Positions 12,212-22,826 of a DNA stretch of 49,819 bases are shown here, one piece after another; within the stretch, counting starts at the first letter, position 1, and every line of letters starts with the position of its first letter. A program made the translations under genes and the position numbers. The notes beneath the pieces were generated by a model. The model worked only from the letters and a program-made list of their open reading frames with translations. It was not told where the DNA came from and searched no databases. This DNA comes from an uncultured Pseudomonadota bacterium (GTDB lineage: Bacteria; Desulfobacterota; Binatia; Binatales; Binataceae), in NCBI GenBank assembly GCA_937889395.1, contig CALAOW010000107.1, positions 1 through 49,819 on the forward strand, in the 5' to 3' direction.

Positions 12212-14581
12212 ATGTCGGAACCGCTCTCAGACCAGCAGCTTTCCCTCATCGACGCCTACTGGCGAGCGTCCAACTACCTGACCGTCGGCCAAATCTACCT
12301 GATGGCGAATCCTCTGCTGCGCGAGCCGCTCCGGCCCGAGCACATCAAGCCGCGCCTGCTCGGCCATTGGGGGACCTCACCGGGGCAGAACTTTATCTAC
12401 GCGCATCTCAACCGGCTGATTCGCGAGCACGACGCCAACGTCATTTATATTTCCGGTCCCGGGCACGGTGGTCCGTCGGTCATGTCGCATACCTATCTCG
12501 AGGGCACGTACTCCGAGATTTATCCGCGAATCTCCGAGGACAGCGAGGGGATGCGCCTGCTGTTTCGCCAATTCTCGACTCCGGGCGGCGTGCCGAGTCA
12601 TGCTGGTCCTCACGTCCCGGGTTCGATCAATGAAGGTGGCGAACTCGGCTACTCACTCGTGCACGCATTCGGTGCGGCGTTCGACAATCCCGACCTGATA
12701 GTTGCGTGCGTGATCGGCGATGGCGAGGCGGAAACCGCGCCGCTCGAAGGAGGATGGAAAGGCGTAAAGTTTCTCAACCCGGTGCGCGACGGTGCGGTGC
12801 TGCCGATCCTCCATCTGAACGGTTACAAAATTTCCGGCCCCACCGTATTTGGCCGCGACACCGACGAAGAGCTGCGCCGCCTGCTCGAAGGCCACGGCTA
12901 CGAGGTCTACTTTGTCGAGGGCGACGAACCGCCGCGGATGCATCGCGAGTTCGCTGCGACGCTCGAACAGTGTTACGCGAGGATTCGCGCAATCCAGACC
13001 GACGCGCGCGCAAACGGGCTCCGGAAGCGGCCGACGTGGCCTGCGATCGTACTGCGAACGCTCAAAGGATGGACCGGGCCGAAAGTTGTTGACGGCGTGC
13101 AGATTGAAGGGACCTTCCGGGCGCATCAGGTGCCGCTTGCGGGCGTGAAGGAAAATCCCGAGCATTTGAAATTGCTCGAGGCGTGGATGCGCAGTTACCA
13201 GCCTGACGAGTTGTTCGACGAACACGGCCGCCTGAAGCCCGAACTCAAAGCGATTGCGCCAAAAGGAAATCGCCGGATGGGCGCGAATCCGCACGCCAAC
13301 GGCGGAATTCTGACCATCGCGCTCGATATCCCGTCCTTTACCGACTACGCGGTGCCGATTGAACAACCTGGGAGCGTCAAGGTCGAATCCACCCGCCCCT
13401 TCGGCAAGCTGATGCGCGATATCTTCACGCGCAATTCCAAACAGCAGAACTTCCGCCTGTTCTGTCCCGACGAAACCAACTCCAATCGCCTTGGCGACGT
13501 TTTCGACGTCGAGAACCGATGCCTGGTGAGCCGCGTCGAGAGCTACGATGATCACGTCTCGCACGACGGCCGCGTGATGGAGGTGCTAAGCGAGCATTGC
13601 CTCCAGGGATGGCTCGAAGGCTACACGCTTACCGGACGCCACGGAATTTTCGCGTCGTACGAGGCGTTCGCCATGATCGTGGATTCTATGACGACGCAGC
13701 ACGCGAAATGGCTGGAGACATGCAAGACCGGGTTACCATGGCGCCGTCCGATCCCGTCGCTGAACTACCTGCTCACCTCGACCTGCTGGCGCAACGATCA
13801 CAACGGCTTCAGCCATCAGGGCCCGGGCTTCATCGACACCTTGCTGACCAAGCGGGGCATCGTGTCGCGGATATACCTGCCGCCCGACGCGAACTGCCTG
13901 CTGTCGGTGGCCGATCATTGCCTGCGCAGCCGCGACTACATCAATCTGATCGTGATCGACAAGCAGGAACATCCGGTGTGGCTCGATATCGATGCGGCCC
14001 GCGAGCATTGTTCTCGCGGCGCGTCGGTGTGGCGATGGGCCGGCAACGACGGCGGGATGGAACAACCGGACCTCGTGCTCGCATGCGCCGGCGACGTCAT
14101 GACGGAAGAGGCGATCGCGGCGGCTTGGCTGTTTCGCAAGTATCTTCCTGAAATGAAAATTCGAGTCGTGAACGTCGTCGATCTCATGACGCTGTTTCCG
14201 CCCGACCGCCATCCTCACGGCATGAGCGACGACGCTTTTCTCGAACTCTTCACCCCCGACAAGGACGTGATCTTCGCCTTTCATGGTTACCCGCGCGAGG
14301 TTCATCAGCTCCTGCACGGACGGCCCAATCCGAATCGTTTCCACGTGCACGGTTACGTCGAGGAGGGAACCACGACCACGCCTTTCGACATGCTGGTGCT
14401 GAACGAGGCGAGCCGCTATCACCTCTGCATCGACGGGCTGCGTCACGCGCCGCGGTACCAGGAGCGCGCCCGCGAACTCATCACGATGACTGAAGCCGCG
14501 CTCGACGCCCATCGCAAATACATAGTCGAGACTTTCGAAGACATGCCTGCGATTCGTAACTGGAAATGGACTCCGGATTAA
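12212..14581 (+). CDS. xfp: Xylulose-5-P/fructose-6-P phosphoketolase
   Basis: [57 protein letters not shown]. Confidence 0.97.
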   Translation: MSEPLSDQQLSLIDAYWRASNYLTVGQIYLMANPLLREPLRPEHIKPRLLGHWGTSPGQNFIYAHLNRLIREHDANVIYISGPGHGGPSVMSHTYLEGTYSEIYPRISEDSEGMRLLFRQFSTPGGVPSHAGPHVPGSINEGGELGYSLVHAFGAAFDNPDLIVACVIGDGEAETAPLEGGWKGVKFLNPVRDGAVLPILHLNGYKISGPTVFGRDTDEELRRLLEGHGYEVYFVEGDEPPRMHREFAATLEQCYARIRAIQTDARANGLRKRPTWPAIVLRTLKGWTGPKVVDGVQIEGTFRAHQVPLAGVKENPEHLKLLEAWMRSYQPDELFDEHGRLKPELKAIAPKGNRRMGANPHANGGILTIALDIPSFTDYAVPIEQPGSVKVESTRPFGKLMRDIFTRNSKQQNFRLFCPDETNSNRLGDVFDVENRCLVSRVESYDDHVSHDGRVMEVLSEHCLQGWLEGYTLTGRHGIFASYEAFAMIVDSMTTQHAKWLETCKTGLPWRRPIPSLNYLLTSTCWRNDHNGFSHQGPGFIDTLLTKRGIVSRIYLPPDANCLLSVADHCLRSRDYINLIVIDKQEHPVWLDIDAAREHCSRGASVWRWAGNDGGMEQPDLVLACAGDVMTEEAIAAAWLFRKYLPEMKIRVVNVVDLMTLFPPDRHPHGMSDDAFLELFTPDKDVIFAFHGYPREVHQLLHGRPNPNRFHVHGYVEEGTTTTPFDMLVLNEASRYHLCIDGLRHAPRYQERARELITMTEAALDAHRKYIVETFEDMPAIRNWKWTPD

Positions 14582-14585
14582 TTTG

Positions 14586-16265
14586 ATGAAAGCAAGCCCG
14601 CTTGCCGGAAAACCTGTCGATCAATCGCAACTCGTCGATATCCCCCGTTTGATCACCGCTTACTTCGCCTGCAAGCCCGACGCCGACAATCCCGCGCAAC
14701 GAGTCGCGTTCGGCACCTCGGGGCATCGCGGCTCCTCGTTCGACAGCGCGTTCAACGAAGCGCACATCCTCGCGATCAGCCAGGCGATTTGCCTCTATCG
14801 CAAAAGTCAAAATATCAACGGTCCTCTCTACCTCGGGATGGACACGCATGCGCTCTCGGTCCCGGCGTTCGCCAGTGCGCTCGAAGTGCTGGCTGCCAAC
14901 GGGGTCGAGACGATGGTGGATAGCGAGGGCGGATACACGCCGACGCCGGCGATATCGCACGCGATCCTGACCTACAATCGCGGCCGCAAGGACGGGCTGG
15001 CGGACGGGATCGTGATCACGCCGTCGCACAATCCGCCGTGTGATGGCGGCTTCAAGTACAATCCGTCCAACGGCGGCCCGGCTGATTCCACCGTCACCGA
15101 TTGGATTCAGAATACAGCCAACGAATTTCTCAAGGCCGGCCTCGCCGGGGTGCTGCGCGTTCCGTACGAGCGGGCGCGCACGGCCGCGACGGTTCATCAG
15201 CACGATTACATCGGCGCTTACGTCAGCGACCTCGACAACGTCGTCGACATGGAGTCGATTCGCGGCGCGGGCGTGCAGGTCGGGATCGATCCGCTCGGCG
15301 GCGCGGCGGTGCGCTACTGGCCGGCGGTGATCGAAAAGTACGGAATCAAGGCGACGGTGGTCAGCGACGTGGTCGATCCGACATTTCGCTTCATGACCGC
15401 CGACTGGGATGGGAAAATCAGAATGGATTGCTCGTCGCCGTACGCGATGGTGCGACTGCTCGCGATGCGCGATCGTTTCGACGTTGCGTTTGCCAACGAC
15501 ACCGACGCGGACCGGCACGGAATAGTCACTCGCTCGAGCGGCCTGATGAATCCGAATCACTATCTCGCGGTTGCGATCTCGTACCTGTTTCGCAATCGCA
15601 CCCGATGGCGCAGAGATGCGGCGGTCGGCAAGACTGTGGTGAGCAGCGCCATGATCGATCGCGTCGCGGCGAGCCTCGAGCGCAAGCTCATCGAGACTCC
15701 GGTCGGCTTCAAGTGGTTCGTGGACGGGCTGATCGATGGTTCGGTCGGATTTTGCGGCGAGGAAAGTGCCGGCGCGTCATTTCTGCGCACCGATGGAACC
15801 GTGTGGACCACCGACAAGGACGGACTCATCCTCGGCTTGCTGGCCGCCGAGATGACCGCGCGCGTGGGGCGCGACCCCGGAGCGACGTACGATGACCTGA
15901 CGCGCGAGTTCGGTGCGCCGGCGTACGAGAGAATCGATGCGCCCGCCACGCTCGCGCAGAAGGAAATTCTAAGGAAGCTGAGTCCCGGGCAACTGAATGA
16001 GCGCGAACTTGCGGGTGAGAAAATTCTCAAAACATTGACCATTGCGCCCGGCAACGGGGCGGCAATCGGCGGAATCAAGGTGATCGCGGAGAGCGGATGG
16101 TTCGCGGCGCGTCCGTCGGGCACGGAAGAGGTTTACAAGATATACGCGGAGAGTTTTCGCGGCGTCGATCATCTGCATCGGATTCAGGCTGAGGCGCAGG
16201 AACTTATCGCGCGCGTCTTCAAGCAGGCTGAATCGCCGCCGGCGGCGCGGCCCCGCGGCGACTGA
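14586..16265 (+). CDS. pgm: Phosphoglucomutase (alpha-D-glucose phosphate-specific)
   Basis: [35 protein letters not shown]. Confidence 0.96.
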   Translation: MKASPLAGKPVDQSQLVDIPRLITAYFACKPDADNPAQRVAFGTSGHRGSSFDSAFNEAHILAISQAICLYRKSQNINGPLYLGMDTHALSVPAFASALEVLAANGVETMVDSEGGYTPTPAISHAILTYNRGRKDGLADGIVITPSHNPPCDGGFKYNPSNGGPADSTVTDWIQNTANEFLKAGLAGVLRVPYERARTAATVHQHDYIGAYVSDLDNVVDMESIRGAGVQVGIDPLGGAAVRYWPAVIEKYGIKATVVSDVVDPTFRFMTADWDGKIRMDCSSPYAMVRLLAMRDRFDVAFANDTDADRHGIVTRSSGLMNPNHYLAVAISYLFRNRTRWRRDAAVGKTVVSSAMIDRVAASLERKLIETPVGFKWFVDGLIDGSVGFCGEESAGASFLRTDGTVWTTDKDGLILGLLAAEMTARVGRDPGATYDDLTREFGAPAYERIDAPATLAQKEILRKLSPGQLNERELAGEKILKTLTIAPGNGAAIGGIKVIAESGWFAARPSGTEEVYKIYAESFRGVDHLHRIQAEAQELIARVFKQAESPPAARPRGD

Positions 16266-16275
16266 GGAATCAGGC

Positions 16276-17454
16276 TTGCCGGCTCGTCACATCATACTCT
16301 GCATCAACGTTGGTTCGTCATCGTGCAAGTTCTCGCTGTACTCGGTTTCCAGCGGCGCCGAATCCATTGTGGCCGAGGGCGCGGCGGATCGGATCGGCTC
16401 GAGCGGCGGCACAATCACGATCCGCGACGCCAACGGCCGCTCGATCGCCGAATCGGATCGCGATCTCGCACGCCCGCAAGTTGCCGTCGATGCGCTGTTC
16501 GACGAGTTCGAGCGCTTGAAGCTGCCGCGCCTCGACGTGGTCGGACATCGAATCGTTCACGGCGGCGCGCATCATGTGGCCCCGGAGATTGTCACGCCCG
16601 CGCTGATCGCCGATTTGAAACGGCTGATCGCATTCGCACCGCTGCACATGCCGGGCGGAATCGGGGGCGTCGAGGCGGTTGCCGCGCGGCATCCGAAACT
16701 TCCGCAGGTCGCGTGCTTCGACACCGCGTTTCATCGTGGAATGCCGGAGCGCGCCGAGCGCTTCCCGTTGCCGCGCGAACTATGGGACGCGGGAGTGCGG
16801 CGCTACGGCTTTCACGGGATCTCTTATGAGTACATCATGCAGGCTCTAAGAGCCGACGTTCCGACGCGCCTGATAATCGCGCACTTGGGCAACGGGGCCA
16901 GCATGGCCGCAGTCGAAAACGGCCGTCCGCTCGACACCACGATGGGATTCACGCCGGCGGGCGGCTTCATGATGGGGACGCGGCCGGGCGATCTCGATCC
17001 AGGCGTGATTCTTTATCTGCTCGAACAGAAGGGTTACGACGCCGCGCAACTAAGTCGGCTCGTCAATCTGAAGTCCGGGTTGCTCGGAGTCTCAGGACTC
17101 AGTTCCGACGTGAAGACGTTGCTGGACGCGCGGGGATCGAACGCGGATGCGGCGGAGGCGATCGAGATGTTTTGCTATCAGATTAGAAAAGCGATTGGCG
17201 CACTGGCAGCGGCGCTCGGCGGATTGGACATGCTCATCTTCACCGGCGGGATTGGCGAGCATGCCGCCGCGGTACGCGCGGAAGCCTGCCAGGGGCTGGC
17301 GCATCTCGGGCTCGCGATCGATCCGCGACGTAACGACTCCAACCAGGACACGATCAGCGCCGCTGATAGCCGATGCCGCGTGCGGGTCATCCCCACCAAT
17401 GAAAATTTAATGGTCGCGCGGCACGCGGCTCGGCTGGTATTTCCCGCCGGCTGA
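16276..17454 (+). CDS. ackA: Acetate kinase
   Basis: NVGSSSCK, GHRIVHGG, FDTAFH, RRYGFHGISY, HLGNGAS, FTGGIGE. Confidence 0.94.
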   Translation: MPARHIILCINVGSSSCKFSLYSVSSGAESIVAEGAADRIGSSGGTITIRDANGRSIAESDRDLARPQVAVDALFDEFERLKLPRLDVVGHRIVHGGAHHVAPEIVTPALIADLKRLIAFAPLHMPGGIGGVEAVAARHPKLPQVACFDTAFHRGMPERAERFPLPRELWDAGVRRYGFHGISYEYIMQALRADVPTRLIIAHLGNGASMAAVENGRPLDTTMGFTPAGGFMMGTRPGDLDPGVILYLLEQKGYDAAQLSRLVNLKSGLLGVSGLSSDVKTLLDARGSNADAAEAIEMFCYQIRKAIGALAAALGGLDMLIFTGGIGEHAAAVRAEACQGLAHLGLAIDPRRNDSNQDTISAADSRCRVRVIPTNENLMVARHAARLVFPAG

Positions 17455-17546
17455 TTCGACGATTTGCTGGCCGCAAGCCCGTTCGCGGCGGTATAAATCA
17501 GTTGGGCAAGTTTTTCAGCGAAAACGCGCGACAGTAAATTCCGGAA

Positions 17547-18221
17547 GTGTGCGGACGATTCACAATCACGCGCCGCGACGGCAACTCGATCGCAGCGGAA
17601 CTCGGCGTCCCGGCGGACTCGTTCGCCGATTATCGGCCGCGCTACAACGTCGCGCCGATGCAGAAGCATTTCATCGTCAGGATCAAATACGAAAATCGCG
17701 AAGCGATTCCCGCCAGGTGGGGCCTGGTCAGGAGCGGCGCGAAAGACGCCAGCATGGCGGCCAAGTGTATCAACGCGCGGTCGGAGACGGTCGAGGCGCG
17801 GCCCGCATTTCGCGACGCGTTCCGTAAGCGGCGATGCGTGGTGCCGGCGGATGGATTCTTCGAATGGACCGGGCCGAAGACCGCGCGGCAGCCGACCTGG
17901 TTCCATCGCGAGGACAGCCGTCTGATCCTGTTCGCCGGACTTTACGAGGCATGGCAGAAAGAGGCGAGCGTGTGGGAGACGACGTTTACGATTATCACGA
18001 CGGCGGCCAACGCCGTGGTCGCGTCGTATCACGATCGGATGCCGGTGATACTTGCAGATCGCGACGCCGACGACTGGATGGATCCGCGCGCGCCGGATCC
18101 GCTCGCGCTCAAGTGCCTGCTGGTTCCCGCGCCCGCTGACCTGCTGATCGCGACTCCGGTTTCGCCCAAGATCAACAATGTGCATAACGATTCGCCGGAT
18201 CTGCTGGAGCCCGCCGGATAG
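17547..18221 (+). CDS. SOS response-associated peptidase (SRAP/YedK/HMCES)
   Basis: N-terminal MCGRF, RYNVAP, INARSET, DGFFEW, HDRMPVIL. Confidence 0.95.
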   Translation: MCGRFTITRRDGNSIAAELGVPADSFADYRPRYNVAPMQKHFIVRIKYENREAIPARWGLVRSGAKDASMAAKCINARSETVEARPAFRDAFRKRRCVVPADGFFEWTGPKTARQPTWFHREDSRLILFAGLYEAWQKEASVWETTFTIITTAANAVVASYHDRMPVILADRDADDWMDPRAPDPLALKCLLVPAPADLLIATPVSPKINNVHNDSPDLLEPAG

Positions 18222-18304
18222 ATTTTCGACTGAGCCACTGAGTCTGTCGATCCGAAGTGGTCAGGCGGCGCGGGGTACTGGCTCAGTTTGCCAAGCTGAA
18301 GGCT

Positions 18305-18543
18305 GCGAGGGGCGCGATTTTGGCTGATCGAAAAGAGCTGGAAAGAGCAAATTCTACCATCCGTAGTGGTTTTGGGACGGCTGCGCTCTATGGCTAGTTT
18401 CGTTCCGTCATAAATTATTTCAGCCGAGAGCGGAGGTCGCCCGATTTCGGGCGAGCCGGGCGAGTACAAGGCATCCTGGCGGTTGACCATAGCGTATGCG
18501 TAGCACGCGAAATCGGCGCGGGGCAGGCTGAATTAGTTCATCC
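18305..18543. repeat. Diverged non-coding repeat, copy A (paralogous to 22538-22775)
   Basis: Ungapped alignment at offset 4233; shared blocks GTAGTGGTTTTGGGA, GGCTAGTTTCGTTCCGTCA, TCGCCCGATTTCG, CGTAGCACGC, CAGGCTGAAT. Confidence 0.85.
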
Positions 18544-18696
18544 TCAAAATCCGGCCCGAAACCCGGATTCAGGAGTCACAGGGATTTGGTCCATATCATC
18601 GAAGCTGAACCAGTGCCCGGAGTGGATGCTCAATTGATGGACTTTCCCGCGCGTGATAGTTGATCGGGTCCGGTCGCGACGAAAATAGAGCGCGGG

Positions 18697-18772
18697 GGCG
18701 GCGTACCCAAGTGGTTAAGGGAGAGGTCTGCAAAACCTCCATGCATCGGTTCGAATCCGATCGCCGCCTCCA
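18697..18772 (+). tRNA. tRNA-Cys(GCA)
   Basis: GGCGGCG/CGCCGCC acceptor stem, CT-GCA-AA loop, U73 discriminator, encoded CCA. Confidence 0.97.
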
Positions 18773-18804
18773 ACAAATCCCAAAAGAATGAATAGGGGAG
18801 AGAG

Positions 18805-19857
18805 ATGATCATCCCGATTACCGTTACGCCTGAGGGGCTAATCCAGCCGCAGAAGGAACCGGAAGCGACCAAATTTGTGTCGCTTGGCGTCAAGGAGGCT
18901 AATATAGAGGAGTTCCTTCGGAAGGACATTGGCCGCATCTTCGACGACGAGGACGAGACACTGCTGGTCGTCAGACAACAGGTAGTGAACGCGAGCAACG
19001 GCCGGAACGACCTTGTTGCGCTCGACGGGTGGGGGAACCTCGTCCTCATCGAAATTAAACGCGACTCCCGGGATATGGTCACTCGGCCCGAAGCGCTCGA
19101 ATTTCAGGCTGTCCGTTACGCCGCGAGCCTCGCCACAATCCGTAGCGTGGATGAATTAGTCGAACGCATTTTCGCCCGATATATCAACAAGTGGCCAGCC
19201 GAGTTCGAAAAGGGTGACTTGACGCCCGAAGAACTTGGAAAACGCACCGTGAAGAAGTTCCTCCTGGAGAATAATGCCGAAAAATCCTTTAACAAACACC
19301 AGCGGATCATTCTCGTGGCTTCAGCCTTCGATGAACAGACGCTGTCCGCCGCCGCTTGGATGAACGATAACGGCATCGACATCGCCTGTATCTCGCTTAA
19401 TCCTATGAAAGCGGGCGAATCGTTGTACCTCGTTGTCGAAAAGCTCATTCCGACGCTTTGCATGGAAGATTTTCTTGTCCCGTTCCCGGAGGCTGTCCCC
19501 GACCGAGGGCAGGCCCGAATCACGGGAACGGATAAGACGCGCACCCGTACAACGCTCCCTAAGATGCGGGAACTCATGGAATGGGGAGTCGTGAAGCGGG
19601 GAGAGAGCTTGAGGGTGAAGAACTATCCAGATTCGGAAGCACTGGTGGAGGATTCCAAGACGGTCCGCTTCAAGGACCGCCTTCTCTCCTATAACGACTG
19701 GGGCCGCGAGGTGACAGGTTGGTCTTCGATCAACATCTACGACTGGGCGGTCGCGCCCGACGATAGAACTCTAACCGACTTGCGGGCGGAGCACATGGAT
19801 AGGGAGGAGAACGCCGCCGCGCAGGCCAACACTGGTTCAGCGGAGGTCGCGCATTGA
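18805..19857 (+). CDS. NucS/EndoMS-like PD-(D/E)XK endonuclease with probable C-terminal RAMA-like domain
   Basis: E...RNDLVALD...LIEIKR...QAVRYAA; C-terminal GVVKRGESL...SYNDW...VTGWSSINIYDW. Confidence 0.7.
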   Translation: MIIPITVTPEGLIQPQKEPEATKFVSLGVKEANIEEFLRKDIGRIFDDEDETLLVVRQQVVNASNGRNDLVALDGWGNLVLIEIKRDSRDMVTRPEALEFQAVRYAASLATIRSVDELVERIFARYINKWPAEFEKGDLTPEELGKRTVKKFLLENNAEKSFNKHQRIILVASAFDEQTLSAAAWMNDNGIDIACISLNPMKAGESLYLVVEKLIPTLCMEDFLVPFPEAVPDRGQARITGTDKTRTRTTLPKMRELMEWGVVKRGESLRVKNYPDSEALVEDSKTVRFKDRLLSYNDWGREVTGWSSINIYDWAVAPDDRTLTDLRAEHMDREENAAAQANTGSAEVAH

Positions 19858-19938
19858 ACCGCCCTCGTTGCCCGACTCACCGGATGACTTCAGGTCTCCA
19901 GAAGAGTTCAGGCGAACCTTCGCATGAGGCGGGCGGTT

Positions 19939-20415
19939 CTAGCGGGCGGGCGGCGTAGTTAAATGGTGGTCCGGTTTCACCTGTAGCTTGACCAGGCAGG
20001 GCGGGCCGTCCTGGCCGTAGCAGAGGTTGCTCAGTTCGCCTAGTTTTGAATCGCGGTCGTCGTGCGTGTAATCGGGACATATCCAATGGCCGCCCGATCC
20101 GCGGTAAAGAGCGACCGCGAAATATCTGCCCGCCGCAAGATTCCCGGCCACTGGATCGCCGCGCGTCGCGATATCGCGCGAGTTGACGATATCGAATCCG
20201 TCATGCGCCGCGTCCGGCGAGTACTGCATGAAGAAAATTCGCCATTGCCGTCCGGGCCGCGCAGTGACCTGGTATTCCATCGAGCGATCGGACGAGAACA
20301 CCGGCTTGTCGCGGCATAGCCACGGCCGCCCCTGTTCCGCGAAGGCAGGGCGTGAGATCAGCATCGCAAGCGTCGCGGCGATCGAAATATATCGTCCAAT
20401 TCTCAAAGGTTTCAT
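19939..20415 (-). CDS. Secreted hypothetical protein
   Basis: Signal peptide ending AFA-E; four Cys; 6 bp after the mutase stop. Confidence 0.75.
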   Translation of the reverse strand: MKPLRIGRYISIAATLAMLISRPAFAEQGRPWLCRDKPVFSSDRSMEYQVTARPGRQWRIFFMQYSPDAAHDGFDIVNSRDIATRGDPVAGNLAAGRYFAVALYRGSGGHWICPDYTHDDRDSKLGELSNLCYGQDGPPCLVKLQVKPDHHLTTPPAR

Positions 20416-20421
20416 GTCCTT

Positions 20422-22365
20422 TTACTTTTCCCGGCCCGCGATCGTGATGATGCGGCCGACGATCTCGCCGAGATTGGAGTCCTTGGGCGTGAAAACCGCC
20501 TTGACGCCAAGCCCGAGCAGCGCTTTACGGTCGGCATCCGGGATTATTCCGCCCATCACGAGTGACACGTCGCTTGCGCCACGACTTTTCAGCAGATCGA
20601 TTGTCTCCCGCGCGATGGACATGTGGGCGCCGGCGAGGCTCGAGATCGCGAGCACGTCGACGTCTTCCTCGAGGGCAGTCGCAACCATCTGCTCCGGCGT
20701 CTGCTTGAATCCTGCGAGGACTACTTCCATCCCGGCCTGCATGCACGCGTGGGCGAGCAGCTTGATCGCGTTGATATGTCCGTCGAGGCCCGCCTTGCCA
20801 AGCGCGATGCGAATTTTCCGTGTCGATCCCGCGACCGGCACCTTGAGCGCGCCGACGCTCACGCTGGTTTCGAGAATCGGCGGTGTGTAGCGGCCGCGGC
20901 TGACGCGCACGAGCGAATCCGTCCATTCGCCGACGGTGCCGCCCGCGCGGGCGAGCTCGATAGTCGCCTCGACGAGTCCGCGGTCGTTGTTGTTATTTGC
21001 GGCGGCGCGTTCGAGCGCCTCGCGGGCTTTCGACACGGCGGTCTGGTCGCGCGCCGCGCGCCATTTTTTTATCGACTCGATGCGTTCCTTTTCCTTGAGC
21101 GCATCCGCCGCGTGATCCGTGTTCTCTTTGGGCGGGGGCGTGAGTCCGACTTCGCCGGTAAACGCGTTGACGCCGATTTGCACGATCTCGCCCGACTCGA
21201 CTTTCCTGTAACGCTCCGCAAGCTGGCGCGTCAGGTCGCCGCTGACTATAGAAATGGCGCGCGAGTAGCCGGCCTCGCGCAGCCGGATCGCGATTTCGCG
21301 CGCGCGCGCGGCGGTCTCGGCGGTGAGCTTCTCGATAATTTTGCTGCCCTCGAAAATATCGCCATAGCCTGCGAGTCCCGTCTCGTGCATCAGAACCTGC
21401 TGCGTGCGCAAGCTGAGCGTCTGCTCGGACTGGTCGGGGAGGGCGAGCGCCTCGCGAAAGCCCGGCAACTGGAGTGCGTTGACGCGCGCGTCGGCCGAGA
21501 TGACGACCGGGAGCGCCTCGTACGCAATGCGGATGATATTAACTTCGGGCTGCGGCTCGGTGAGCGTGAGCGAGCGCACCTGGCATCCGGCGCGAAACGC
21601 CACGTTATCGACGCCGTACTCGGAAGAGCAAAGCTCCCGCCAGAGTTTGAAGTACGCGCGAATCTTGCAGATCTCGGGGACCAGCTCGATGCCGCTGTTG
21701 ATGAAAAATGAAATGCGGCGGACGGTCTGCTCGAACGCGGCCGCGTCGAGCTTGGGGCGGATCGCGTCGAGAATCAGCAGCGCGTTGCCGAATGCGTAGC
21801 CGATTTCCTCGGCCGGACCGGCGCCGCTCTCCATGTAGTGGTAGCCGCAACAGTTAATCGGATTCCAGTTGGGCACGCGCTCGACCGTGAATCGAATCAA
21901 CTCGGTGGAAAGGCGAAACGACAACTCAGGGTGAAAAATCGACGTGCCGCGCGCGACGAATTCCTTGAGCAGATCGTTCTGCGTCGTGCCGCGCAGCTCA
22001 GTCCATGGTACGCCGTGCTTTTCCGCGACGACCAGGTAAAGCGCCAGGATGAACGGCGCGGTCGCGTTGATCGTCATCGAGGTATTGATCGACTGAAGCG
22101 GGATTCCCTCGAACAGCCGCTCCATGTCGTTCCAGTGGCAAATCGAGACGCCCGCTTCGCCGACTTCGCCGCGCGCGACCGGGGCGTCGGGGTCGTAGCC
22201 GTTTTGGGTGGGCAGATCGAACGCGATCGAAAGCCCGCGCTGGCCCTGCTTCAAGTTTGCCAGGAAGCGTTCGTTGGCCTGGCGTGCGTCGCCGAAGCCC
22301 GCGTAGGTGCGGATAATCCATGGTTCACGGGCCTTGGGGCGAACTGTTTTTCCGCGGTCGGGCAT
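20422..22365 (-). CDS. B12-dependent acyl-CoA mutase, MeaA/ethylmalonyl-CoA mutase-like, with fused cobalamin-binding domain
   Basis: PWIIRTYAG, GLSIAFDLPTQNGYD, GTTQNDLLKE, GKAGLDGH, SSLAGAH, MGGIIP. Confidence 0.88.
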   Translation of the reverse strand: MPDRGKTVRPKAREPWIIRTYAGFGDARQANERFLANLKQGQRGLSIAFDLPTQNGYDPDAPVARGEVGEAGVSICHWNDMERLFEGIPLQSINTSMTINATAPFILALYLVVAEKHGVPWTELRGTTQNDLLKEFVARGTSIFHPELSFRLSTELIRFTVERVPNWNPINCCGYHYMESGAGPAEEIGYAFGNALLILDAIRPKLDAAAFEQTVRRISFFINSGIELVPEICKIRAYFKLWRELCSSEYGVDNVAFRAGCQVRSLTLTEPQPEVNIIRIAYEALPVVISADARVNALQLPGFREALALPDQSEQTLSLRTQQVLMHETGLAGYGDIFEGSKIIEKLTAETAARAREIAIRLREAGYSRAISIVSGDLTRQLAERYRKVESGEIVQIGVNAFTGEVGLTPPPKENTDHAADALKEKERIESIKKWRAARDQTAVSKAREALERAAANNNNDRGLVEATIELARAGGTVGEWTDSLVRVSRGRYTPPILETSVSVGALKVPVAGSTRKIRIALGKAGLDGHINAIKLLAHACMQAGMEVVLAGFKQTPEQMVATALEEDVDVLAISSLAGAHMSIARETIDLLKSRGASDVSLVMGGIIPDADRKALLGLGVKAVFTPKDSNLGEIVGRIITIAGREK

Positions 22366-22537
22366 CGACTAAAGGTTAGTTGTCGAGGCATTGGGATTCC
22401 AGCCGGTGCGCGATGACGGTGCTGGTTTAGTTTGCGAAGCTGACAAGCTGAGCTAGTGCCTTATATTGCGCCGCTGGTTTGCGCTCGCTGATGCGGTCGG
22501 CGAAGGTGAAAATAATGCGCGCCCGCCGCGAAGGACC

Positions 22538-22775
22538 GCGATGGGCGGGATTCTGAATGATCGAATCGGGCGGGGAACCGCAATTCATACCATATGTAGT
22601 GGTTTTGGGAAGGCTCGGGTATAGGGCTAGTTTCGTTCCGTCAAAATTAATATTCGCCGGAAGCGGGCTTCGCCCGATTTCGAGCGAGGCCGGCGAGTAT
22701 GCGGCAGGTTGACAGTTGTCCATACCGTATACGTAGCACGCCGAATCCGCCGGGGTCAGGCTGAATAGTTCATCC
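22538..22775. repeat. Diverged non-coding repeat, copy B
   Basis: See copy A; contains ATACCATATGTAGTGG (22587-22602), which resembles an NrdR box. Confidence 0.85.
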
Positions 22776-22826
22776 CCTAACCCGGCATGAAATCCGACAC
22801 TGAACCAATGGTGCAATGACACGCGA

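Noticed and set aside
18029-18490. ORF pair 18029-18490 / 22427-22933 as paralogous proteins
   Set aside because: Substitutions are not third-position biased and are often radical; both ORFs overlap real genes
22427-22826. Cobalamin riboswitch upstream of the B12 mutase
   Set aside because: No B12-box or GGGAA...AGCCAG-AGACC motifs; the paralogous copy is not upstream of a gene in that orientation
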